From: Azolla caroliniana
Lineage: Eukaryota; Plantae; Polypodiophyta
DNA length: 64,000 nt
NCBI GenBank assembly: GCA_043228905.1
Contig: JBHGNT010000004.1
Location: forward strand, 24,552,001 to 24,616,000
Direction: 5' to 3'
Position 1 is the stretch's first letter; each line of letters opens with the position of its first letter. The translations under genes and the position numbers were made by a program. Positions 1-12,700 of the stretch are shown piece by piece. The notes below the pieces were generated by a model. It saw only the letters and a program-made list of their open reading frames with translations, did not search any database and was not told the DNA's origin.

Positions 1-749
1 ATTATTATTTTTACTTTTTTAAATAATTAATTTGTATTTATTTTATTTTGTTTATTATCTTTTTTTTCCTTTTCTTTTTTTTAAATGTGTTTGAATGTAT
101 TCATGTATGTATGTATGTTTGTTTGTTTGTTTGTATGTTTGCATGTATGTAGCCATGGAGAGAACGTGTCTTCACAACAATCAAAGCACTAAGCATGAAA
201 TGCGGTCTTCATTCCGAAGAAAAAGATCACCGTCCATGTGATCTTCTTTGACATGCCTATGTAACAATGCATATATTGTGGTTTCATCGAAGTGAAAAAT
301 GCTACATCTAAAAGAGCATATATCATAAAAATAATATACCATGTGATGTCCAATAATTATACACAACATTTAACTTGAGCAAGAACTTCACCACATGAAG
401 TTTTTTTTTTCCAAAAAAAGAATATACTCCATTAGTTAAAACATACACACACTCGATCCCTTTCTTGGGTAGGCCATGCCAAGCCTATCCTATCCTACAT
501 AAGAGATCTAGCTTATTTATCTTACACTTTCACATATGTCTCTAGCCATCCTTTAATACACATCACCTACATTCACTATCCCACATGCCATGTCTTTCAC
601 GCCCCTTGTTCAACTATTAGAAGGGGGGAACAACCATCTAGGTACTTCATACTTCCATAGTATATCCATTCCATTTGCTGCGGCCATTGGTGTAGTACAC
701 CATTGCTTTCAAAAATTCAGCCCCATTAGTTCTACAACATCATTAGTAC

Positions 750-1210
750 TGTCACGGACACACTGAGCGCGGACTAGGATGGAACACGGATGATGGGGCT
801 ACGAGCGACAGATGAACTTGGAGCTAGATGTGATGAGGCTAGGAACTCTAAACGTTATGAGCAACATGGCGGCATGCAAACAGAAATAAAGATCAAGGAC
901 ACAAAGACGAGGCGAAACGAGAATACTAGATTGATGTGTCAATGATTGGTGTTGAATCCCTTGAAAGGGACCAAGGATGTTACAAGTATTTATACAATTT
1001 ACGAGATTGAATATCTCTAGAATATACTCGAGAAATATCTCGAGAATATACTAATGACTAGAATATTCTCGAATGTACTATACACTAGACTCTACAATAT
1101 ATACAAGTTCACAATCGAATGTGGACAGTTCACAAGAGTTTTCATATGGTTAACACAACACAATGTATCGTGTGTGTTAAAAGTTAGAGGTTCGAGTCTA
1201 GACTGTGACA
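750..1210 (-). mobile_element. 3' LTR of a Ty3/gypsy element (461 bp) with adjacent PPT; rest of element lost after ~1300
   Basis: Inverted termini TGTCAC (750) ... GTGACA (1210); immediately followed by ttatcccccctctta, a minus-strand polypurine tract. Confidence 0.75.
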
Positions 1211-1387
1211 TTATCCCCCCTCTTACGCCGCCTTCCCAAATCGGTCTTTGGCTTAAGGGGATAATGTTGATGAAAATCTCTTAGACCACCTCCAAACTAT
1301 TTTCTAAATCCTAGGCAAGGAGTAATCCTCCCAGAAGTATTTTCTAAATCCTAGGCAAGGAGTAACCCTCCCAGAAGACAAGGTATT

Positions 1388-2036
1388 GAACACTAACGAG
1401 CATGAGCAACCATGTGCGGTCCTCGCCCAGGACTGGAAAATGAATACCAACAGGCGTGAGCGACCATGTACGGTCCTCACGGGGAGCACGAACACCAACG
1501 GGCATGAGCAACCATGTGCAGTCTTCGTCGGGAACTGGAACACGAATACCAACGGGCGTGAGCGACCATGTACGGTCCTCACGGGGAACACGAACACCAA
1601 TGAGCATGAGAGACCACGTGCAGTCCTCGACAGGAACTGGAACACGAATACCAACGAGCGTGAGTAACCATGTGTGGTTCTAACAGGGAACACGAACACC
1701 AATGGGCATGAGAGACCATGTTGGTCCTCGCCGAGAGTTGGAACACGAGCACCAATGGGCGTTAGCAATCATGTGCGGTCCTCACCGGGAACTAGAACGT
1801 GAACAACAATAGGCATGAGCGACCATGTTGGTCCTCGCCGGGATCTGGAACACAAACAATAGTTGGAGTGAGTGACCATGTGCAGTCCTCACGGGAGACT
1901 GGAACACGAATACCAATGGGCGTGAGTGACCATGTGCAGTCCTCACAGGGAACACGAACACCAACGGGCATGAGAGACCATGTCGGTCCTTGCCGAGAGT
2001 TGGAACACGAACACCAATGGACGTGAGCGACCATGC
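1388..2036. repeat. Tandem array of ~13 largely alternating 48-bp and 54-bp units (102-bp higher-order period)
   Basis: Repeated gaacacgaa(c/t)accaa(c/t)gggc(a/g)tgag(a/c)gaccatgt.cggtcctc.cggg(aactg); ORF track shows 16/18-aa repeats (NTNTNGRERPCTVLTG). Confidence 0.9.
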
Positions 2037-2039
2037 GGT

Positions 2040-2578
2040 TGTTGTCCGTGGGCCAACATAGTAACATATGTGAATCACAATAGGTATTAGGTAGCAGTAG
2101 GTAAACAATTGAAAGCAATAAGAAGAAGCCAAAATAAACACAGCCGAAAACGTGGAAGAAGAAGGAGCACGCCAGAGAACATCTATATAAGGAGCAGTAG
2201 ATCAAAGGAAGAAGAGAGAGATATAGGAGAGAAGTTTGAGGTTACTGTGTAATTAATCCTACTACAATGTATCTGATACATTTCGACAAATAGCTGTGTA
2301 ACTGTAATCACTACTCATATCATAATCTAAGTAGTGTTGGGTCTATGATTGTGTCATTGTTTGCTTTTAATAATTGTTAAGTAACCTATCTCTCCCTCCT
2401 ATCTCTCCCTATCGTGTATGCATAACCCGGGGTATCCTCTTACGTAATCTGTAGGGTGTCATCCTGTTTCGTAAAAGCAATCTGACCACCACGTACCACA
2501 ATCCTTTGGTCTGATTCCAGTTAGGAATCAAAGGTGTCACCTCCGGAGAGGAGGGCAACACAATTTGGCATGCCCGGT
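2040..2578 (+). mobile_element. Probable LTR 3' part plus PBS of a Tat-like gypsy element
   Basis: TATA-like ctatataag (~2183) and purine-rich R-like tract; ends ...caacaca (2562), followed by tttggcatgcccggt resembling Tat-lineage PBSs; LTR start not resolved. Confidence 0.4.
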
Positions 2579-2584
2579 TCACGC

Positions 2585-3306
2585 TGTCAGGAGCAGTACT
2601 AAGACAGAGAAGTACTGTCAGGAATAGTACTAAAACAGAGAAGGAATTAGTACTAAAAGATGAGGATTAGTACTAAGGGAGGTACTGTCAGGAGCAGTAC
2701 TAAGACAGAGAAGTATTGTCAGGAACAATACTAAAACAAAGAAGGAATTAGTACTAAAAGATGAGGATTAGTACTAAGGGAGGTGTAGAACTATCGAGAG
2801 AATTAGAATTAGAATTAGAATTAGAGTTTTTATCGTCCATAAAGAGGCCAATTTTGACCTATGGGACTAGAGTATACATGTGTTCTTGATATATGTCTCC
2901 TTCCTAAGAAGGGGTATTCATATGTTGAAGCACAAAGTCTCTATGTGTTAATAAACCATACACATATGAGCTCAACCTTCTAGGTGGTGTCTTAAGTATG
3001 GATCTTAAGTTATCACTCCCTCTTAGTATGTCAAGATATCTTGAACGAATTGCACTATATGTTGAGCATGTGAAGAGCAAGTGACATTCATCCTCTACCA
3101 TGGCTTCATTACATACTTGTCTTCAAAATCGTTACATTTTGATACCATGATGCAACTTCAATACCTAACTTGTGAGATCGAGTGCGAAATAGTGTAAGGG
3201 CTCTACGAGCATTGCTACCTATATTGGTAATGAGATAAGGTTGGATATGATCAATATACATTCTTGCTTTATATTGAGACCAACATTCAGGGTTGACATT
3301 TGCAAT

Positions 3307-3348
<42 letters not shown>

Positions 3349-3644
3349 GATAACAAAAGATATATATTATGTTAAGGGAATATACAATAGTGGCTAGGAG
3401 GCTTAAGCCTGGCGTTGAACCGATTTGGTTCGAAATAATGCCTTGTGCCTCCTTTTATAGTGTTCTCAAGAGTACTCCTGAAGTTTCTAGAATGTTCCAG
3501 AGAAATCTGGAATATACATCAATTTTCTATAGTAAAACCTAAATGAAAAATAATATTCTTCGTATCATAACATATAGTCTAATGGTCAAGAGCTCGACCC
3601 ATGTAACATAAAGTCATGGGTTCTAGTCTTGCCATATCATGACA
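2585..3644 (-). repeat. Chromovirus 3' LTR with internal ~100-bp duplication, TAGTACTA sub-repeats, (GA)n tract and nested LINE fragment
   Basis: tgtcaggagcagtactaag at 2585 and again ~2686; catgaca ends at 3644 next to the PPT; the same LTR end recurs at 9583 and 44895. Confidence 0.8.
2800..3310 (-). mobile_element. 5'-truncated RTE/RTEX-like LINE 3' fragment with (CTAATT)n tail inserted in the LTR (GA)n tract
   Basis: C-terminal motif VEDECHLLFTC; homology by eye to 9455-9540; (AATTAG)n on + strand at ~2800-2825; flanked by gagag and (GA)n at 3310-3342. Confidence 0.8.
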
Positions 3645-3711
3645 CTATCCCCCCTTTAAAACGACGAGTGTCACGAGTCGTTTTGGATTGAGGACCCGGT
3701 TTGTCTGGATA

Positions 3712-6700
3712 TTAACAATGGAAATCTTCAAGAAGAGCACAAGAATTGGTCACATTCTCTATTGGTTCCCAAGTATGCTCGTTGGGACTATATCCTAGCC
3801 AATCGACTAAATAGTAGAGCTTGTTGCGAACAATCTTGGAATCGAGGATGGCGGCAACCTCGTACTCATGTCCATCTTCAAGCTCGATCGGGAGTGGAGG
3901 TTGTTTAATATGACCTAGGATGGTGTTGTCTTGATAGGGTTCGAGGAGAAAACTATGAAACACCGGATGTATCCGAAGTTGTGGAGGTAGATCAAAACGA
4001 AAAGCAACATCATTAATTTTTCCGATAATACGGAAAGGACCTAATCGCCGGTAATCCAACTTCTCGCATGGGCGAGTAGTCTTGATGTGTCATCGTAGTA
4101 GCCACGCCCGATCTCCAATGTCAAAACTGGATGGAAGCCGATGACGATCCGCGTAAACCTTGTGTGTTTGTTGAGCTTGTTGTAGATGAGTAGATAAATC
4201 CACTTGTATCTTACGTAGCCGCTCCAAACGATCCTTTGCACAAGGATTTGTAGGTAACTCTAGGGTTTCAAATACACACCACCAGGGGTGATAGCCTGTG
4301 TAAGAATAAAATGGTGTCACCTTTGTCGATGAGTGGACAGAGTTATTATATGCAAATTCGGTGAAGTGGAGAATATTCGCCCAGTCATCTTGATGATAGC
4401 TTAAAAAGCACCGAAGATACTGCTCCAGCATTTGATTTGTTCATTCTGGTTGGCCGTCTATTTGCGGGTGGTAGTCGGAGGAGAGGTTACAAGTGACCTT
4501 AAGCATTTTAAAGAGGTGCTTCCAGAACTTCGAGACGAACTGGGGTCCACGGTCGCTAATGATACTATCGGGAAGGCCATGATGCCAACATATTTCACGC
4601 ATGACAATTTCGGTGGTTTCTTCACTGGAGATTTCCTTAGTACATGGCAGGAAATGGGCCATCTTCGTATATCGATCTACTACTATTAAGATCGCATCGA
4701 ATCCCTTAGAGACTGGAAGATCTGTGATGAAATCTAGGGCAATGGATTGCCATGGCTTGCTTGGAATTGGTAATGGTTCTAATAAACCATATGGATGATG
4801 CCTTGGCATTTTTGCTCTGCAACATGTATCACAAGTCTGAACTAAATCTTCGACAAATTGTCGCATATGGGGCCACTAGAAGGATCGTTGTACTAAATCT
4901 AGTGTTTTAGTACTACCAAAATGCCCAGCTGTATATGTGTCATGAAAGTTTTGGACTACTTGAAGGTGACAAGTACCATTAGGAACATACAAGAGTTTCG
5001 TAAAGAATAGTAATCCATCACGACATTCAAATTGTTGATAATCCGTACTGTTAGGAAACAGGTCCCTCCGGATGGGAAGTGAGAAGAATAGTACTTATGA
5101 GCAAACTCGGCCGAGGCCGAAACCAGATGAGAAGTACCCGGCAAGAGCCGGATGGTGAAGACCCGGTGAGAACCAGATGAAGAGTACCCGACAACGGAAG
5201 ACCCGTTGAGAACCGGATGACAAGTGCTCGGCAAGAGCCGGATGATGCAGGCTCGATGAGGAGTGCTCACCGGATGAAGGGACATATTCATAAATATGTT
5301 TCCTGAGAGTCCATCATGGCTATATTTGTAAATAGCCGAAAAGTCATATTAGTATAAATATGACTTAGGGCAAACTCTTCTTGTGTGTTGTTGTCATTCT
5401 TGTTGGCGCTAGATCAGATAGCGCGTAATAGTGTACAGAGAGAGAGAGAGAGAGAGAGAGAGGAAGAGGTCGTTGCCTCTGTTGTAACTGCCGCCTGTGG
5501 CGAAGATCGAGAGTGTGAGGTCGTTGCCTCCGTGACCTCACTGTTGTAATCATTGTGATATAGTGATAGTTTGGAGTCTGTGGACTCCCGTGGTTTTTCC
5601 CTCTCAGGGTTTTCCACGTTAAACATCATGTGTACTCTTCTCTCCTTTGTGTCGTGTTTTTTTTAATCCCGGTTTTCTGTGTTTGATTCTCAGCTCGGTT
5701 GTGGCCAAACAGTGTTCATCGGAGCGTGTAGTTCCTGTCACGTACCTGGTTGTTGCAACTGTGAACAAGATGCTCGAGAGGGATCAATTTGTGCTAGAAT
5801 GGCTTGGGCGAAAACATCTGTAATCAAGTCCTCACGTATGGTATCGATAACATGGGAATCCAAGGGCATACCGAAGATTTGCGTTGCTTGTAGTCATGCC
5901 AGTCCCAAGATTACTTGCTTTTGGTTGTCGAAAGCCAGCTCGCTAGGACATAGTGTTAGATACGAACGCCATGATAATGCATCTACCTTCCCTTGTTGCT
6001 TCCTCGGACGATATGTAATTTTGAAGTCGAAACGAGTGAAGAATTGGGCCCACCGAGCTTGATGTCGATTTAACACACGAGCATTCTAAAAGTAGGCAAG
6101 GTTTTTGTGATCATTGAATACGACGACTTGATGAGAAGACCCCTCTAGAAAATGCCTCCATTGCGTAAAAGAGTCCACTATTGCTAATAGCTCCTTATCA
6201 TGAATTTCATAGTTGATTTCTGTGGGTGTCAAACTTGCGTGAATGGAAAGCCACTGGATGTAGCTTCTCATCATCACCTTGTTGAGACAGAATGCTACCT
6301 AAGGCGAAATCCGACGCGTCTGCTTCAATGATGAATGGTTTCTCTGGATCAACATGAGCTAAAATAGGAGCTGATGTAAATGCCTTCTTAAGACTCTCAA
6401 AAGCAATGTCCGCTTCTTCAGACCAAACGAACGATTTTCCCTTCTTGGTAAGTTGTGTGAGAGGCAGAACAAGCTTTGAGTAATCCTGTATGAACTTGCG
6501 GTAAAAATTGGCAAAGCCTAAAAAGCTTTGCACATCTCGCAACGAACGCGGAGTCTGCCACACTACCACTGTTTTGACCTTAGCTGGATCCATGGAGATG
6601 CCTTCCGAGGAAATGACATAGCCCAAAAATTCTACCTAGTTGCTCCCGAAACTACATTTTTCCAGTTTTGCATAAAGACCATGTTCTCAAAGTTGTTTTA

Positions 6701-6896
6701 GTACTAACAGTACATGCAAATCATGCTCTTCTTGGGTCTTCGAATAAACCAGTAGATCATCCAAATAGATGATCAAAAAATCTTCCAAGAGATCTCGGAA
6801 TATATCATTTGCCATGTGTTGGAAGACTGATGGCGCATTAGTGAGGCTGAATGGCATGACCGTATACTCGAAGTGCCCATATTTGGTGCGAAACGC
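3712..6896 (-). pseudogene. pol: Gypsy pol pseudogene (RT-RNase H-integrase-chromodomain), multiple stops and frameshifts
   Basis: ORF fragments 3712-4059, 4090-4431, 4441-4866, 5894-6076, 6086-6277, 6207-6626 with canonical motifs. Confidence 0.9.
5049..5740 (+). mobile_element. Solo LTR (692 bp, copia-like) with 5-bp TSD CGTAC
   Basis: TG...CA termini (tgttagg...cctgtca); CGTAC at 5044-5048 and 5741-5745; tataaata, (GA)n and ggtttttccacgttaaa U5-like motif; interrupts chromovirus pol. Confidence 0.88.
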
Positions 6897-8408
6897 TATC
6901 GTGAAGATCCGTCACTACGCGCGGATCGTGAGGCGGAACCGCTGAGGTTCTGGACCGGAAGGATTCAAAGTCGGTACAAGCTTTTCGCGCAAGCTTTAGC
7001 GAGAAAGTACTTAAGATAGATTGGGAAAGAGAGAAGTTGAGATTCAACGATTGAGAGAGATTAATTGAACTTTTATCTTTAGATTTAAGAAACAAGTTAC
7101 ACGATCAATTTGATAACGAATTTCTTCTTCTTAATTTCATAACAAAAAAAAACGTGTTTTTTCTCCTCCCCCTTCCTTCTTTTATAGATGCTCTCATGCA
7201 TATGATGCATGTGAGGGTACAAGACATGCATAAAATGCATGCTTGCCATTTGGCGCTTATGTATTACATGTGGTGCATGATAACCATGTCACTCATTTTA
7301 GCTCTCATGTATGAGAATTTACACGTAAAAGTACAATGATAGAAATATAAATTCAACTAGATGGCATGGCTTAATGGTAAGCCAATTGACGCATAACTCG
7401 GAGGTGCAAGGTTTGAATCCTTACTTGCCCTCCTTGTATATGTATATATGTATATATATTTATATATTTATTTATCTAGTCACCGGACGCCGGTTCGTCG
7501 GTTACCGGTGCCTCGCCGGATGCCGCCGCCTCGCCGTTGCCGGATGCCGCCGGATCACTGGCTCCATTGCCGGTCCGGTTTTGGTTGGCCAAAACCGTTT
7601 ACGAGTAGCTAGCCCACCTCCACTCTTAGTTCAAGTTACCTTGAACTCTCTATGCTCCACACATAGACACAAAGATAATATCTTTTGCTCTACCTTATAT
7701 ATGATGAGAGCCGTATTTGTCGTGCCTATGTGGGATATCTCACAATTTTCTCTTTTCCTTTCACAAACTTTATACCCTCATATCTTGACATTTAGTTGTC
7801 CGTTTCTCGTGTAATAAAGTGCATTCGAAACCTCCATCATTTTGTACTTAGATATTAAATTTATTTAAAATGTTATCTTCACAATTATTGTATTATGTGA
7901 TTCATACTCGATTTTGTACGTTTTATGGGATTTTCACACTATTGCCGACAATCTTCACGACATCCACCCCCACCAAACCGCACGTCCTCCGGTACGTGCC
8001 AAGAAGAGAGAAAGTGAGATTTCGGCTACAGTGACCAATTAGATTCCTCCATGTCTTTATTTACATCCGCCCTATTATGTTCATCGTCGAGGTAATCGAG
8101 GTCAGGATCCTTGTCTTGTCTTTTCTTGAATATCTTTACTCTTTTTCCCGCAATGGGTACGGCCAACCTTGATCCGTCTAGTTCCGCAAGGGGGTATGTG
8201 GCATTATCGTTGGCACTTGTCACCACATACGGCCCGAACCATCTTCTTGTGAACTTCCTTGTTGTACTGTGTTGATTGTCAAGGGTGCTGTCGTAAACCA
8301 AAACCCAATCCCCTTCTTCAATCTTCTTGGGACGAAGTCGATGCCTGTTGTCGAACCGAACTTTGTTCTTTACTCAGGCTGCCTCCATCATCTTTCGCGC
8401 TTTTTCTA
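6897..8408 (-). mobile_element. 3' end of a Trp-primed-group gypsy element: 3' LTR (6897-7962), PPT and integrase C-terminus
   Basis: 12-bp inverted termini t(a)tcgtgaagat...atcttcacgaca; PPT ggtttggtgggggtgga; ORF 8026-8301 VYDSTL...KFTRRWFGPYVV (GPY/F motif). Confidence 0.85.
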
Positions 8409-9582
8409 GCAAAAGATCACTTGGGCAAGCGGGATTTAGACCAAACACTCCACTATGGATCATTTGGTCACAGTGTCAGTACTAATGGAAGAGAGTCGAC
8501 TACATGGAAAGACACTAAGCTTTGGAAAGGAATGGTAGAGATTGACATGGCATTAGAGTACCGAGTTGTTGTTGCACGCCTATATGAACAAGTTAAATGC
8601 CAACTAAAAATGGATAGTGATTCGCAAAGCAGTTTTGAAGTAACATGGGGGTCAAGCAAGGATGTCCACCATCACCCACACTCTTTGGCTTATCTATTGA
8701 TAAATTAGAAGAAGTGATGAATAAGCTAACAAGAGAAGAAGGATTGAATGCACCCAAATTGATGCAACATGTTATCGTATTGCTTTTAGATGTATTGCAT
8801 GCTTTGATTCTAGGTTTTGGGCCGGTTTAAAATCGTATTGCCTTTTCGAGAACCAATGCAACCCAAGAGATGGGAAGTAAAACTAATGTTGTTCAATGCC
8901 ATGGTAACTCAAGTATTGCTTTATGGGGTAGAAGTATGGGGTGGCACCAATCTCTCTTGATGCATGGAATGAGATGGAGAAATTTCAAAAGATGTTTTTA
9001 AGGTGGAAATTAGGAGTTAAATGTACTACCTCTTACCAGGTTATGCTCTTGGAAACTATTGTTCGGGCCATAAAGATATTAGCACTCCAAAGAGTATGTA
9101 GATACATTACAAAAGTCATGAATGTGCCAAATCATCGATCACCGCATCTTGCTTAGAATCTTGAATGTAAGGTACAAAAGAATAATAAGAGTAAAATTCT
9201 CTCATCCAGTTGGGTTGTTAACATAAGAAAATGGTTTAGAATATGGGGTGTGGATGATTTTCTAGAGCTTTTGGGCAATGTTATGCATTATGTAATGATT
9301 GAGGAAAGGTTGGCGGAATCATTAAGGGTGAAGTGGGACGATGTTAAGAGGGCAACGCTAGAATACTACATTACAAATGTCAACCTTGAATGTTGGTCTC
9401 AATATAAGGCAAGAATGGATATTGATTGTATCCAACATGTGTAGAAATGCTCATAGAGCCCTCACACTACTTCACACTCGATGTCACTAGGTATCGAAGT
9501 TGCATCATGGTATCAAAATGTAACGAATTTGAAGGCATGCAAAGTATGCAATGAAAGCATGATAGCGGATGAACGTCATTTG
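8409..9582 (+). pseudogene. Decayed RTE-like LINE RT fragment (copy A of a duplicated block)
   Basis: GVKQGCPPSPTLFGL, LLYGVEVWG; near-identical to 43720-44894. Confidence 0.85.
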
Positions 9583-9640
9583 TGTCCGGAACAATACTAA
9601 AATAGAGAGGGAATTAGTACTAAAAGATGCGAATTAGTAC

Positions 9641-9698
<58 letters not shown>
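9583..9698. repeat. Chromovirus LTR-end fragment plus (GA)n microsatellite
   Basis: tgtccggaacaatactaa...gaattagtactaa matches 2610-2680 and 44895-44960; followed by ~27 GA units. Confidence 0.75.
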
Positions 9699-9728
<30 letters not shown>

Positions 9729-9783
9729 TATATTATCGTCTTCGGAGATCAAATATGACCTATGAGACCAAAAATATTACATT

Positions 9784-12700
9784 TCACGTGATACGTGTGA
9801 AAGTGAGTAGTGACTCTCGATGTTCAAGAACTTTACCAATGAATGTTGCAATCGAGAGTGCACATTGTGGTTGTGAGAGGAATTCATGCAAAGATTGGGC
9901 TCGATCGAAGAGATGTGGAAAGCATGGTCGAATATGATCAAAGGCAGAGCATTGTATCAAAGTGTGATACTCAGACTCGCGAACTTGTTTAGGGCAAAGT
10001 GTGCATAACCGACCACTCTCATCACTTGTACCCCAACGCCCTGTTTCACATCGCAATGCATGTGAGCTAAGTCGCATGGAAGCAATGGTTCGAATGGCAG
10101 ATAACGGTATGGGCTCTAACATGTATGGATGTGTACGATTTCCCCGTTCCGCAAAGAATATGGTTTTGTAGTTAGGTGCAACATGTGTAGTATAATGTGT
10201 GAAGCGTGAGCCTCCACATTTGTCCCATGTCATGATACATTGGCGTTGCAAAAATGCCTCATTTACAGAGGAATCTAATGATGCATCATGAAGCAAGTGT
10301 CTCGCATCCCATCTACCAAACCATTTTTCTATATCTTGCATCCAACCGGAACACAAAATTTTGCTTTTATGCGTCTTTTGGATCTTTTTGCTTGCTTCCC
10401 ACGCAATTCTAGGAAGTCGATGTGAGGGACTTTTTTGAACCTTAAGCATGTATTCAACAACCCTTTCCATGGCCATGATCTCAATGGGAAGCGATCCCGT
10501 CTCAAGGAGGAGGAGGGTGTAGGGCGTTTGTTTCTTAACTTGTAGAAACTTGGTAAGAAAATGCTTTTGGACATTTTCAAACTCTTTCCACATAGACTTA
10601 GGGATGCTACCGCCCCATACTTCCACCCCATAGAGAAGAACTGGTGTCACCAAAGTGTCAAAAAGATATTTCTTGAGGACCCAACACTTAATATCTCCAA
10701 GATTGCATGTGTTCTCAAATGCATAGTATGCTCGTTTGCCCGCCTCTAAGCGGCGTGTAGCACATTCATTCCATCTATGATTTGAAGGAACTTCAAGGCC
10801 AAGATATTTGAAGCTTTCCACACATTCAAGTGGCTCATTGTTGTACATAATGCATGGTTTATCTCTTTTTTGGCTCTTCACAAGCATAATCTTTGTTTTA
10901 GAGCTATTGACACTTAATTTAGTATGCATGCAAAATTTTTCCAATGCCGTCATAAGCTTTTGTGCATCTCCTAAAGTATTTGCAAAAAGCACTACGTCAT
11001 CTGCATATAGCAAAAGCATAATCACAACATTCCCAATGGCAACTTCTTCAACACATTCTTCCTTTGCAAACTTGGTAACCATTTCTTCCAATTCATCAAT
11101 GCATAGACCAAATAGTGTTGGTGAGAGTGGGCATCCTTGCTTAACACCAATAGTGCTTTTGAAAAAATCTGAAAGTTTATCTTTCATGCGCACACAACAT
11201 ATAACCTTCTCATAAATTCGGGAAATTGCAAGCATATATTCACTTGGCACCTCAAGTTCTTCCATTCGCCTCCAAAGATGCTCACGAGGTACCATATCAA
11301 AAGCTTTCTTGAAGTCTACAAAGCAACAATATAAACCTTTACCTCTAAGGCGACTTTCCTCCATTAATACTCGAAGGGTGATAAGGTGATCAATGGTGCT
11401 ATGGTGTTTCCGAAAGCCAGCTTGTCCATAAGCTCTCTTACCACTTTTTTCAGCCCATACACTTATCTTTGATTCCATTATACATCCAAATAGTTTTGCC
11501 ATTAATGAGCCAACCATGATGGTTCGATAATTGTTTACATTATTTATATCTCCACCTTTATGTAAAGGTTTGATCCAATTTGTAGTCCAATCGTACGGCA
11601 TACCATGTTGCAATGCATCATTAAACATATCGCTTATCCATATATGTGCTTCCTTTCCCGTCCATTTGAGCATTTCAGCCTTTATACATTGAAGATCGCT
11701 TGCCTTTCGAGAGGCCAATTTCTTAAGTCCTATGCATATATCTTCAATTGTAAAGAAGGAAGGCATATGTGAAAGAGAACCATAACACATCATCTTTCCG
11801 ACAAGAGATAACTCATATAAATTCTTACAATGCATAGACAAGTCGTGAAGAGTTAAGTCACCATAACTCTCAACACGTTTTCCCTTTAGATTTCCCCAAA
11901 ATTTAGCACATGCATGTGCTTTCTCTTGCGTTTGGATAAATTGTTGAGTAACTTCCCATATTCTTCTCTTTCTTTGAATAAGCCTTTTATACTCATGCAA
12001 ATGCTTTTGGTAATTCTCTTTATCCTTAACTACATCCAAAACCATAAGGCACTTTCGAGCTTCACGACATTCTTTATCAAACCATTTTTTCCTAAGTTTC
12101 TTGGTGCATTTCCAAGATGTGCGGTTGGTCGAAAAACATTTGTTTGTACATGAGAGAATGACTTTCTTGAAAGCTTCCCATTTGCATTCTAGTGTGGCAC
12201 CATGTTGTATCTTTGTCATTTGTAACATATCCTCAACCATCTTGGAATACATGGGTGCTCGCTTAAGGTTCATGCTCAAGTGCGGTTGTTTATTATCTTC
12301 AATAGCCTTCTCACAATCAAACCTATGCATACATTTGAGATCAATACATAAAGGCCTATGATTTGATTCCGGTGTCCATTCACCAAGTGAGAATTTATGT
12401 ATACGATCCAAAATACCTTCGGAAAGTAGCACATAATCAATCACACTATTTCCGTTGTATTTTCTACATGTAAAACCATTAGTGTTGGGCCATAAGGAAA
12501 TACCATTTGCAATAAGCAATCCGGTACTATTGCACATTTGTAGGAGTAGTTTCCCAAATTGGTCCGGATCTTTTTCATCGCTAGAAGAGCGGTTATACAT
12601 TTGCATATCCTCTTGCATCCTTGAGATATGTGGCATGAAAGATTCTTGTGAATCAAGTTGGAAACTTCTTGTACGAGCATTCATGTCACCAAAGACAATA

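Larger units (their letters stand above)
2585..6896 (-). mobile_element. Decayed, 5'-truncated chromoviral Ty3/gypsy element (Tcn1-like), with two nested insertions
   Basis: 3' LTR 2585-3644 (TGTCA...TGACA), PPT ctatcccccc from 3645; pol remnants in order RT ([19 protein letters not shown]) - RNase H ([20 protein letters not shown]) - integrase (DRGPQF, HPQIDGQ) - chromodomain (EYEVAAILDS..YLVDWLGY..TWEP). Confidence 0.9.

Noticed and set aside
1388-2036. CRISPR-like periodic array
   Set aside because: No unique spacers, the whole unit repeats, there are no cas genes, and the context is eukaryotic TE DNA.
2581-2584. ACGC flank of the chromovirus LTR as a seventh CpG-centred target
   Set aside because: Different lineage; other chromovirus-type LTR flanks (746-749, 9579-9582) lack a central CG, so it was not counted.
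7361-7432. Functional tRNA gene (Met-like CAT loop)
   Set aside because: Acceptor and anticodon stems are degenerate and it lies inside an LTR; reported as a tRNA-like module instead.
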